Shown: one piece after another, positions 13,801 through 28,437 of the stretch
How the letters are laid out: each line of letters begins with the position of its first letter
Numbering within the stretch: position 1 is the stretch's first letter
Assembly (NCBI GenBank): GCA_904063045.1
Contig: CAJFCJ010000005.1
Span: 2,722,165 to 2,786,164 of the forward strand
DNA: 64,000 bases
Reading direction: 5' to 3'
Origin: Dimorphilus gyrociliatus
Taxonomy: Eukaryota; Animalia; Annelida
Made by a program: the position numbers and the translations under genes
The notes under the pieces: generated by a model
Told to the model about the DNA's origin: nothing
What the model saw: the letters and a program-made list of their open reading frames with translations, nothing else
Databases searched by the model: none

Positions 13801-16800
13801 TTGGTGACCATTCACAGCGATCGTTTGGAATTTACTAGCCCGTTTATTCATTACGTAACCAAATGTACGTGCCAGAAGGATTTTACGGGTACCTGGTGCG
13901 AGACACCTATAAACGAATGTGGGACGAACGAGTGTTCTAACGGAGGCGTTTGTTACGTGAGAACTAATAATGGTTTTCGATGCGAATGTCCGCCCAACTG
14001 GACCGGTGACAGGTGCCAGCAAGATGTTAACGAGTGTCGACCAAAGAATCCTTGCATGAACGGCGGTCAATGTTTAAATTCACAAGGATCTTATAAGTGT
14101 ATTTGTTCGGATGGATTCACCGGATCGAACTGTGAAAGTAGTTCAAATGCTTGTTCAAGTTCAACTTGCCTTAATAATGGCGTTTGTAAATACGATCAAG
14201 GGAAAACCACCTGTTCATGCCCTTATGGTAACGGCGGTAGTAATTGCGAAAGGGCTTCAAAGGGTTTTGATAAACTTTCATTTATGGAATATACATTTAC
14301 TATGGCTGGGCAGGGAAATTCGATTTCTATCGAATTAGCTACAACATATTCGCATGGTTTGCTTTTCTTCTACCCAGGAAATAGCGACGAAAATTTATTG
14401 GAATTTGTGGCGCTCGAAATTATTGATGGTCATGTTCAATTTGCCTTTGCCTTGGGTGATGGTAGCGTTAATAAATTAATGATCAATAAAAAGGTTAATG
14501 ACGGTAATTGGTACCTAATCACAGCTGTTAGAGACGCTAAGGTAAGTCTTTTCTCTCAAGTAGATTCAATTAAATAATACTCTTATTAATGATTTTGAAA
14601 AGGTGGGAACACTTCAAGTGACAAGATGTATGAAAAATGAGAAAGAATGCAGAGAATGCTTAAACGAAGATCAATCTTGTTTCACGAGAAAGACATCGAA
14701 TGGAAATTTTCAAAATTTAAGCTCAAAAACTGGAAAAATTTGGATTGGAGGAACAAGCACTCTAACATCTATATCACCTTTCAAGAATCATTTGAAAACT
14801 CACGATTTTAGCGGTTGCATACGTAGCATTATAGTCGACAACGTTGATTTGTTTAAAACGGCGCCAAAATCATCTAAAAACATTCGACCAACTTGCGGAA
14901 GGAAAGAGACCGTTATCTGTAAAGATGATTCCTGCTCCAAAAATGGAAAATGTCAAGATGTTTGGAACGATATAAGATGCGACTGTAACGAAGGTTTTAG
15001 CGGTAGTACATGCTCTGCAAAATCTAAACCGATTACCTTTGATAAAAATACCTATTTGGAATACGTTCAAACTGATAGCTATGTCAGAGATAAATTATTT
15101 GCTAGCCAATTGTTATCAAGAAAAAAGAGAGCTACATCTAACGATGGTACAGTCGCAATTAAATTTAGAACAAACGAAGACGGTAATCTACTATATAGTA
15201 AACAAGATGATAATAAATGGGCATCTTTGAGGATAGTGAATGGTAATGTTCGTTATGAAAATTCGAATACTATTATCGTTACCTTAACTAAGAAGGTAAC
15301 TGATGGAGAATGGCATACTGTTACAGTATCCTTTACTGACGGTTAGTATTGTAATTTCTTTTTTTAATATGCCCTAAGGTAGCAATAAATATGACCTACT
15401 TTTTATCTTTTTTCAATATAGATATTTCCATTAAACTAAGCGTCGATAGTGAATCGAAGACAGTTAATACTAGGACAAGTCTTGTAAAGTTATTGGATTT
15501 GAATACTGTATCAACTCTTCTAGCTGCCGCCGAAAATGATAAATCTAGAAAGGGTTTTCGAGGTTGTATTGAATCATTCTTAATTGATGGTGAAAAAACA
15601 CCATTCGAAGGGGAGAACGAACGCTTTAAAGTAACGGCAATTGGAGAGATAAGCTCGCTGAATATGAATTGCGAAGCGGTTGTTGAGACATCGTCATCTA
15701 GCGACGATAAAACACTTATTGCAGTTATTGTTATTGTTGTCTGTTTCGTCTTATTGCTAGCAGTACTGCTAATAGTATTTATCTATCGTCGCCGACTAGT
15801 GAAGAAAAGACCAGCAAGTAAGAAGGCTAATGGACAAACACCGAAGGCTAATGATAGTGGGCATAGTACACACGATTCAGGGTATGCCGATCACAATGGG
15901 GAAATACCGACAGTTGATAATAGATTCGAAGCAGAGAATACCGTAATAAGTCGTCATATTGAAGCTCAATTAGCCTCCTGCAGATATAATGAAAGAGAGG
16001 TGGCCGCTCGACCGCCAGATATTGTTGAACCTGAATTATATGGTCGAAATGGCCAGGTGAATAGAGCGTACACGCCAGCTGAAGAGAGCGCAGAGAGATA
16101 CGATTTGGACGCTGCAAGCAGTATTGCTCCATCAGAGATGGACGTTGTAGCTCATTACAAATGCTATAGAAACGGTCCAATGAAACAGCAGCGTTACAGT
16201 ACTACTCCATTGTCAATGCCATTAAGGGAGAGCCCAATAGGCCCTCCATTGAATAATCTAAGTCGACCGTCCAGTAGAACAAGTCCATTAGGAATGCCTG
16301 CTAAACGCCATATAATGCCCGATTCAATACGTTCGACGCCGCTGGGCGCACTAAATACATCTGTTGGGGAAAGGTCTAAAACAGTAACCCCAATAAGCTC
16401 CGAAGCTAGTCGAAAAAGACGATACAACCCTATTAATAATACCGAGTTTACACATTCGGATTTAGCGGCTGTAGCTCCTTCAGTAAACACAATAGACTCT
16501 AGTTCAGACGAAGCTAATGCGTCTAGCGACTCATTCACCTGCTCAGAAGTGGACGACGTTGGCTTCCGTTCATCTCAAATAACAACAAAACGACCTATGA
16601 CTAGGTTAGACGAAGAAATAGAAAGTGACGTAACGAGTGGTGGTGAAGGAGTTATGCCGATTTATCCTCAAAATACAAATTACTCAGCCTCATCTTGGTC
16701 AACTCTTTTCTCGAATGAGAATCCAGCCAGTAAACAAACAAAATTACCCCCATCGGCTCTTGACTGGGATCTATTGAATTGGGGAACTAATTTCGAAAAT

Positions 16801-17064
16801 TTTGTTGCCGTATTTAGTGATTTAGCAAGTTTACCAGAAGATCTTATGGCAAATCATAGATCAAGAACGCCTAGTAATGCTAGTAGTAACCGCCATCGGA
16901 AACGACAGCCAACACCGTCTCCAAGTGAACGAAGTAATACATCAACAACATCTAGAAGAGCGTCAACAATATCATCACGATCAACGCCGAGAAAATCACC
17001 AACAAAATGCGTTTATTCGCCAAATATTAGCTTTGATCTCAGCACTCACGAGGAATACGTTTAA
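4847..17064 (+). CDS. FAT4: Protocadherin Fat4 / Drosophila Fat orthologue, 3' part (about 18 cadherin repeats, 4 EGF, LamG, EGF, LamG, TM, cytoplasmic tail); 5' exons lie upstream of the window
   Basis: Phase-consistent GT-AG exons: 4847-5051, 5125-5468, 5540-5744, 6181-7269, 8518-8701, 8813-9057, 9575-9756, 10006-14541, 14603-15341, 15422-17064. Repeated DxNDNxP/LDYE/LDRE motifs and EGF cysteine spacing. TM LIAVIVIVVCFVLLLAVLLIVFIY. Fat4-type tail motifs YDLDAASSIAPSEMDVVAHYK, SSDSFTCSE, WDLLNWGTNFENFVAVFSDLASLPE and C-terminal EEYV. Confidence 0.95.
8939..8957 (-). promoter_or_regulatory. CTCF-like motif (exonic, FAT4)
   Basis: Minus strand reads CATCCGGTAGATGTCGCCA. Confidence 0.35.
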
Positions 17065-17494
17065 AATGAAAAAAAAGGAAGCTAAACAAACAAAATTTTC
17101 ATATAAAAAACAAACGTTGTTGATTCTTTTTGGAACTTTTTTCTTCTTTTGCTGCTCAACTGCTATTTAATTTTTGGTTTTTTTTTTAAAAAAAAAGGAA
17201 AGAGACAATGTTTTCCTCTTTTATACAAACTTTATAAAGAGATGATGTATAAAGAACGTGTAAAATAAGCCTGTGATATATACAATATATATATATATAT
17301 ACATATATATAAATATATAATAATATGTATACTGTATATGAGCAAAAAAAGAATTGTTAAGTGTTCAGTTATTAATCTGTTTGTACTAGGATTGTTAATT
17401 GTATTATATGTATAGAATTGGAATACAAACTTTTTGTTAGTGATAATATTGACTAAACAAAATTGAGAATATTTTAATGAATATCATTGGGCGA

Positions 17495-17513
17495 TAGCGA
17501 CATCTGCTGGCTA
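17495..17513 (-). promoter_or_regulatory. CTCF-like motif between the FAT4 and orphan-gene 3' ends
   Basis: Minus strand reads TAGCCAGCAGATGTCGCTA versus consensus TGGCCASYAGRKGGCRSTR. Confidence 0.55.
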
Positions 17514-17520
17514 TTAATAG

Positions 17521-17526
17521 AATAAA
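17521..17526 (+). terminator. Candidate FAT4 polyadenylation signal
   Basis: AATAAA about 460 nt after the FAT4 stop. Confidence 0.4.
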
Positions 17527-17662
17527 CATAAATATTAATATATACTGTATATAGGTGTATATGTAGTAATATACGATATATGTCTATATTATATCAATGG
17601 AATTGGTAAATAGGTGAAAGAAAACCCTATAAAATCAGTTTGTATCGTATCTTTTAACGTTA

Positions 17663-17668
17663 TTTATT
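17663..17668 (-). terminator. Candidate polyadenylation signal of the orphan gene
   Basis: AATAAA on the minus strand about 90 nt after TAG 17757-17755. Confidence 0.4.
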
Positions 17669-17754
17669 TGACAAACAAGTCGATAAACAAGAAGTTCAAT
17701 ATAAAAAATAGTTATTCGAAGAAAATATAGGCGTTAATTAATTTTGATCAAAAG

Positions 17755-19211
17755 CTAATTAACCTTGGAGCAGTCGTGTTCTAAGAGCGGAACGCTTTTA
17801 TTGCTTCTAGACGAGCTACTTCTTAACCAAAAAAGGCCATCGGACTTATTAAGATGTTCCATCTTGTTATAAAATTCTTTAAAATCGACATTTTCAGGGT
17901 CTCTTTGTTGTTTGTATAAAAAGTTATTCACTTGCTTTTCCCGATCTATTGCTGTTGGGGGGGGAGAAAAAAATAGAACAAAAAAAAGACAACTATAATA
18001 AAAGTTGCCAATATGTCAGTAAAAAAAAACACTTTTTTTGTCTTTTCCGCCTACTCTTCCTCCCCCTCCTCCTCCCTCGCCTTTTCTTTCTACTTTATTG
18101 ATTTATTGAAAAATCTATACTTTAAAAATTTTGCCTTATCTTAACAAAACAACTGATAAGATAAACAAAAATTATAGATTGAAAGAAAAAAAATAAAGTA
18201 AGGAACAGAAAGAATGTATACATACTTAGAGCTGATGGTAGGCGAACATCTGACAATGGAACATGCCTTATCTTAGGTTCTTCTACAATAGGTTTTGCTT
18301 TTATTTCGGCACTTAGAGAAGGGTTTTTTATTTGTTCTAGAGCATATTTCAAATTCATCTTTTCTCTATTTGAAGTAGATTTTCGTTTAAAACATAAACT
18401 CTTTTCCATATCTTTATATTCCGATCGAATCTTGCTGAGGAGAGTTTATTATGTCTAGTGAAAATGTTACGATACTTAATGGGGGGTGGAGGGAAGAGAA
18501 AGAAGGGGGGGAGGGAGAGAGAGAAGGAACAAGGAATGGTGAAAGGGTAGTGAGGGGCAAAGGAAAAGAGCTCGACTAAGGCCATTACTGATATCGAATA
18601 GCATAGAAATATTTTCTTCGTTGTTTAGTTATACATATAACTCAAACTAAAAATTTAATGGCAAAGTTATGAATTTCCTTCTCGAGTTACATTTAAGAAG
18701 TTATTAAAATATTACTATTACGTTTAAAAAAGAAAAAGTAGCCTATATCTTTATTTATCGCTCAGAAAATTATTAAAAGGCGTAACCAGTAAAAGAGGAA
18801 AAGCAGGAAATACTTAATATAGAAGTGTAAGGATAAGGATTAACAAATAAATAGATAGATAGAAAGCGAAGAGAGAGATAGAGAGAGAGATAGAGAAAGA
18901 CTAAATAGGTAATGAATATTAATTGTAATTAAAAAAGGAGCGTTTAGATTATTCTTAACAAAATAATAAATAAAGTAAGTAAAAGAAAGGAATTTGTACT
19001 TGTTACATCTTAATAGAATATATATACATATATATTGAAAAAGCTAAGGATAAACAGACAAATAACAGGGCAAGGTAAGTTATAAAATATGTAAAGATAG
19101 TAGAGAATTAGACATAAAATATTGTTACATTTTATGTTTATTCTTTACTTTTCAAGATATATATTTGCCATACCTGTTGTTCAATGTTCGAACAATCCTA
19201 TAATATTCCAT
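17755..19211 (-). CDS. Candidate 3-exon gene encoding a 147-aa protein of unrecognised family
   Basis: Exons 19211-19174 (ATG in gaaATGg context, in-frame TAA 4 codons upstream, donor GTATGG), 18434-18226 (acceptor ctctcctcAG, donor GTATGT) and 17951-17755 (acceptor ttttctccccccccaacAG, TAG stop). Phases 2 and 1 match; total 444 nt. AATAAA on the minus strand about 90 nt past the stop. Exons appear GC-richer than their flanks. Confidence 0.6.
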
Positions 19212-20300
19212 TTCCGTATATTAAACGACTTATCAATCTTATCTTGATACTATTTTTTAGCCGCAGAGATTGTAAATACTAATATAATATAGGCGAAATG
19301 GCCTTTTTGGCTCTGATCAATCTAACATTCCTCATTCATTATGGACTAAGATAGACGATAGTCTTTGTTTAGAACGTAAATGAATTATTGAATTCTTTTC
19401 ATAAACTAGTCGGAAATCGACTGGAGAACGTTTTTTAATTGTGTGTAGAAGGAGGTTTAAACGATTGCAAAGCATCGATCGTTCCCTTCTCTTTTCTATA
19501 AGTGTTTTCCAACCTTCTATAAACAGCAACATAATTATAGAAAAAGGGAATGACTGACCTATTTAAAAGGCTTTTTTCCACTACCTCTCTCCCATTCTCA
19601 CTTGCTCTTAATATTGCTCTCTTTTTCTAAATTCTCCTTCTCTCTTCATCTCTCTCTCTCTCTCTCCCTCTAACACTTGCTCTATTTTTTGCTATTTTTT
19701 GAGATGTTTCCAGATTCTTTTGACTTGACGCCAGAAGAGAAAGGGTGACAGAGCATTATTAATTAATTTCATTATCGATACATTCTTTTTAATGTATAGG
19801 GTTTTCGATAGACTATATTTTAATTTGATGTACATTGTGACGCATAAACTTTAGATGTAGACAAAATTTAATAAATAAGAGGAAAGTGTGTAATAAATGT
19901 AATTATTCCCGACTAAAGATGGAGCCAGTGTCTCTTCCATTTTCCTTTACTCTTTCCTCTCTCAATAATACTTGCAATAATACATTCTGGACTTTTTATG
20001 AGAGGAAAGGTTTAGTTAAAACCCACACTGAAACAGAAATGGACGTTTAACTAACAAATATACAAATCAAATAGTATAAATGATCATTTCCGGTTATATT
20101 GAATAAGGAGCTAAGGAAGAGGAAGTTGAAATATATTTACAGAACAATTGATTAACAGGTAAAGGTGAATAGATCGAAAAATCGGGAGAAAGAGTAAAGA
20201 TGATAATATATTATACCGTATACATGAATACATATATTTGCTTATTTATGTGTGAAAGAGAGCTATAGTAAAGGGGAAACTAAAAGTAAATTTTAAAGAT

Positions 20301-20306
<6 letters not shown>

Positions 20307-20333
<27 letters not shown>
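20307..20333. repeat. (GA)n microsatellite
   Basis: Direct reading. Confidence 0.9.
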
Positions 20334-20909
20334 CAAAAACAGAGAGACATCGAGATTGTAGTAAAAAAAAAAGTAAAGAGAAAACTTGGAAGAAAAGACT
20401 TTTTTTTAAAAAAAAAATATGATATTAAAAATTCTTTTCATTCTTTCTTGCCTCTTTTTTTATATACGTTAGAAAATACATAGTATGTTACTAATTAACT
20501 AATTTCTCTGTGTTTTTAAATTGATAATTATTATTAATTAACTATTTGCTTATTATTATATTTATAAGAATATTCTTAGGATTGTTAAGTTAGACAATTA
20601 TATTATAAGTTATAAATATGTATATATATTTCTGTACAAAGTATTCAAGTAGAATATCTAGCCAGGTTAGTTTCCGGTTAATGAGACTGAAAATATTTAG
20701 CAGTAAATATACTAATTAAATAAACAATACTTATATATTCATATTTATACGTTTTTTCTCATTTAAAGTACATTTATGTAAATATAAAAACGTAAATATT
20801 GTATATATTGTATACAATATTATTGTACTAATATATCTCTATATATATATTTTTAACGTACTTATGAGATTACAAAGGAACGGGTTAGGTATAGACAGTC
20901 TATAGAAAG

Positions 20910-21047
20910 AAAGATGGCGTTTAAGGAAACTTTAACAGTAGAGGGGTTTAAAATATTTTAACACTTTACTGAGTACTTTTTTCCACGAACCATTGTATAT
21001 TGAAAACTGGCCTCTTGTAGGGTGTGGCCATTGTCTAGGGGCGTAGC
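20910..21047 (+). promoter_or_regulatory. YY1-like (AAGATGGCG) and KLF/Sp boxes upstream of the KLF gene
   Basis: AAAGATGGCG 20910-20919, AGGGTGTGGC 21019-21028, GGGGCGTAGC 21038-21047. Confidence 0.45.
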
Positions 21048-21863
21048 TAATTTATTTTTGGGAGGAGATAATTTATTCTAATATCAATTGTCCGCTTCGT
21101 AAACTTGTTAATACCATAACGTATCTAAATATAAAATTCTCTCTTTGGTTTTTATATATGGACTATGTGTTTGGGACGTTTTTTATCTCCCCTTTTCTTT
21201 TATACTTTTGTGTTAAAACATTCTTTCAAGTAAAGAAAAAATCGGGCAGGCCTCAGGTTTTAAATGGTTTAGTGGGGGAAAGAAAATAGAAGTAAAGGGA
21301 GAAGCAAATATTCTTTTTAGTCTATTTCTTATTTTCTCTTTTCTTCTTCTCCTTCTTCTTCTCCTGCTTCTTTTTATTCCCTCTCTCTCTCTCTGTTACT
21401 TTCTATTTATATGTCTTTTTCTCTTTCAACTCTTTTTTCCCCACCTTTCCCTTTCCTCTACTTTTTCCACCTATCTACCTTTTAATTTAGTATACAGTAA
21501 AAGACCTCCTTCTCCTCCTTCTTCTATTTGATTTAGTTTTTCTTGCTTCTGCAAGGAGTTAGAATCTACCGAAAGTCATTGGATTTGGTGAATATTTAGA
21601 AAACACGGGGGCAGAGTTAAATATTTTATGACGTTGATGATTTTTTAATGTAATCAAATTCTTTCCATATACTTGTTGCTAATGCAATAGAAAACTTCTA
21701 TTTCTGTGTTAAATAAGCTTCCAATATGCCTTACAGATTGTAAAGATCATTTAGGGTGGAAAAAAGGAAGACAACAAACAGTCAGCACCCCGGTCAATAA
21801 CTACGCTTCTATCAGACACGCCCACAAGTAGGCCTAAACGCCTACCTATAGCCACGTTGCGGA

Positions 21864-26039
<4,176 letters not shown>

Positions 26040-26411
26040 GAGAAAACGAAATTTCCGGTGCTGTATATATTAAGAAACAAATAGCTTTAAAGAAAAATGA
26101 TTAAGCGTATGTAAGTATATATATATATATAAATTTATATATATGTATATATATTTATATATATATATATACTTGTCCTTCCGTATCTTAAAAGCATTTT
26201 TGTAAAAGAAAATAACAAAAGCAAAACAAAGTATAAGTTTATCTGCAGTAAAGTGTTACAGGAAGAAACAAATTAGAAATCAAGAATTATGAACTCAATC
26301 TCTTTCTTCTTCTTCTTCTTCATAGTAATATGATTACTTTTATTATTTTCTTTTTCATTTTTTTTGAGAAAATTCAAAATTTTATTTCTGTTATTTTTGG
26401 GTAAAAAGGTG

Positions 26412-26417
26412 AATAAA
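26412..26417 (+). terminator. Candidate KLF polyadenylation signal
   Basis: AATAAA about 370 nt after the KLF stop. Confidence 0.35.
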
Positions 26418-26925
26418 TTAATACACAGTTGTTTAGTTAAATAAATATTCAACTGCAGGTTTTTTTTACTATTAGTGATATACTAAATATACAGTATATA
26501 TAATTTTTGAATAGTATTAGACTTATAATAGCTTAGAAGGTTATAGCAACACATGTATACAAAGTAGATTGAACTGAGGTATTATTTGAAAAATTCTGTC
26601 TTTTTAAATATTTCTTTTTTAGACTCTCAGAAGTCTACAAATTCTTAGCATATTTCTCATACTTGTCTTTTTTTTTCAATTATAATTTATTATGTTTATT
26701 AATATAGGCAGGAAAGTTGTCTTTTTTAATAGACTATACATCTAGAACATAATAGGAATTGTAGAACTATATGTATTTTTTTTTATTTCATTATAAAGAG
26801 GGACTAGAACAAAGGCAAAAACTATATACAATACATAGGGATTTAAACGCTTTTTTTTTAAATATCAAAGTATAATTGTGTAGCAATTTTGTTTTTTTTC
26901 CTTCTGCTTTATTGATGCGATAATC

Positions 26926-26928
<3 letters not shown>

Positions 26929-26957
<29 letters not shown>
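26929..26957. repeat. (AG)n microsatellite
   Basis: Direct reading. Confidence 0.9.
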
Positions 26958-26961
<4 letters not shown>

Positions 26962-27132
26962 AATGAAAAAACACACGGTTAATATAAATGTGAAAAAAGT
27001 AGATGTTAGAGGACAGAAACCCAACTTAGGTTTTTCAATTTCGAAGAAAAGATTAACGGACATGAAAACGTTTGTTTAACATTCCTTTTAGATTATAAAT
27101 TGTCATTTTTGCATTAAAATTTCTATTGAACC

Positions 27133-27151
27133 CAGTGACATCTATCGGCCA
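27133..27151 (-). promoter_or_regulatory. CTCF-like motif between the KLF and STIL 3' ends
   Basis: Minus strand reads TGGCCGATAGATGTCACTG. Confidence 0.5.
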
Positions 27152-27899
27152 ATTATATTTTTCATATAAGGATTTTTTGTAGAAGGTTCAGTTTTATTTA
27201 TTTTTTTATCCCTACTCTTTTAATAAAAGAGAATAAATAATATTTCATTTCTGATAATTATTTAGTATAGTTATTTCTTAGGGAAAGATCAGTTTTTCTC
27301 TTGTTAAGAAATCATTAGATGAGCTCAGGAATCTTCTAGTAAATATATATACTGTATATAAATCTATATAGATATATACGTGTAAATCTATATATGATTT
27401 GATGACGTCTGTATCTATGTAAAGAGAAAAGAGAGAAAGAGAGAGAGAGAAAAAGAAAGAGAAAAACACATAGAATAAAAATAACCAATGTTTGAACAGC
27501 AATAAAATGCAGAAAAGCTTATTGTGCCTTTATGAAACAAAAAGAAAAAGATATTCGGTATTAGTTAAGTGCTTAAGAGTTGATTCTTTTAAGCTGAAAA
27601 TAATAATTAATATAGAAGAAAAAAGATTATAATTATTATTAAGTTTTAGATGGAGTTTTATTAATTATTTAAACTTCATTTATATATAAATTACTGTATA
27701 TATCTTTTGTTCTTTATATTGAAAGTGTTGTTAATTAATGAAAATGTTTATATTTTTTTGTTGAAAAGTTTTTGAATTGAATAATAATAAAGGAAAATGA
27801 AAAATATGATTAGCAATAGCTCTTCGTTATTCTATCTTTTTATCCATTTATCTATCCAGCTACATAACATATAAATATATACACTATACTAATATATAC

Positions 27900-27937
<38 letters not shown>

Positions 27938-28437
27938 GTTGAATACTTTTAATATGCTTTACTCATGAAAATCGTGTTGGATTTAATCCCCCAAGTAAAA
28001 TTAGAAGCATATTTATCCTACTATATAGAGAATAGAGTGTTGATATATATATATATATATATATATATTGAACATATAAAACTGTACATCTAGTATTATA
28101 TATACTGCAAACATGGCAATAGAGTAAGATAAGAGTACTGCTAATATAATAATTATATAAAAAAAGACACCATTATCTACTTAAATTTTTCTTTATGCAT
28201 ATTATATGAATATCATTGTTGTGGAAATAAACTAATCGGATGATAAGAACTTCCGTTTCCCTAAAAAATTTTTACTTTTCGCAAATTATACCATCTATAC
28301 CATCTATTATTCCATCTATATATACAGTATTTCTTTAATCTTTAAACGTTGGTAAGGAATATATCTTACAGTTGTATTTGTATTATTAAAAGAAATAAAA
28401 GATTACAAAAAGTGTTAAAACATAAAAGCATCAGATT

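Noticed and set aside
11400-16538. Several 60-120 aa antisense or alternative-frame ORFs over FAT4
   Set aside because: Shadow ORFs of long coding exons with no recognisable domains.
19773-19780. DRE-like palindrome TATCGATA upstream of the orphan gene
   Set aside because: An AT-rich 8-mer expected a few times per window; it also occurs inside a FAT4 exon.
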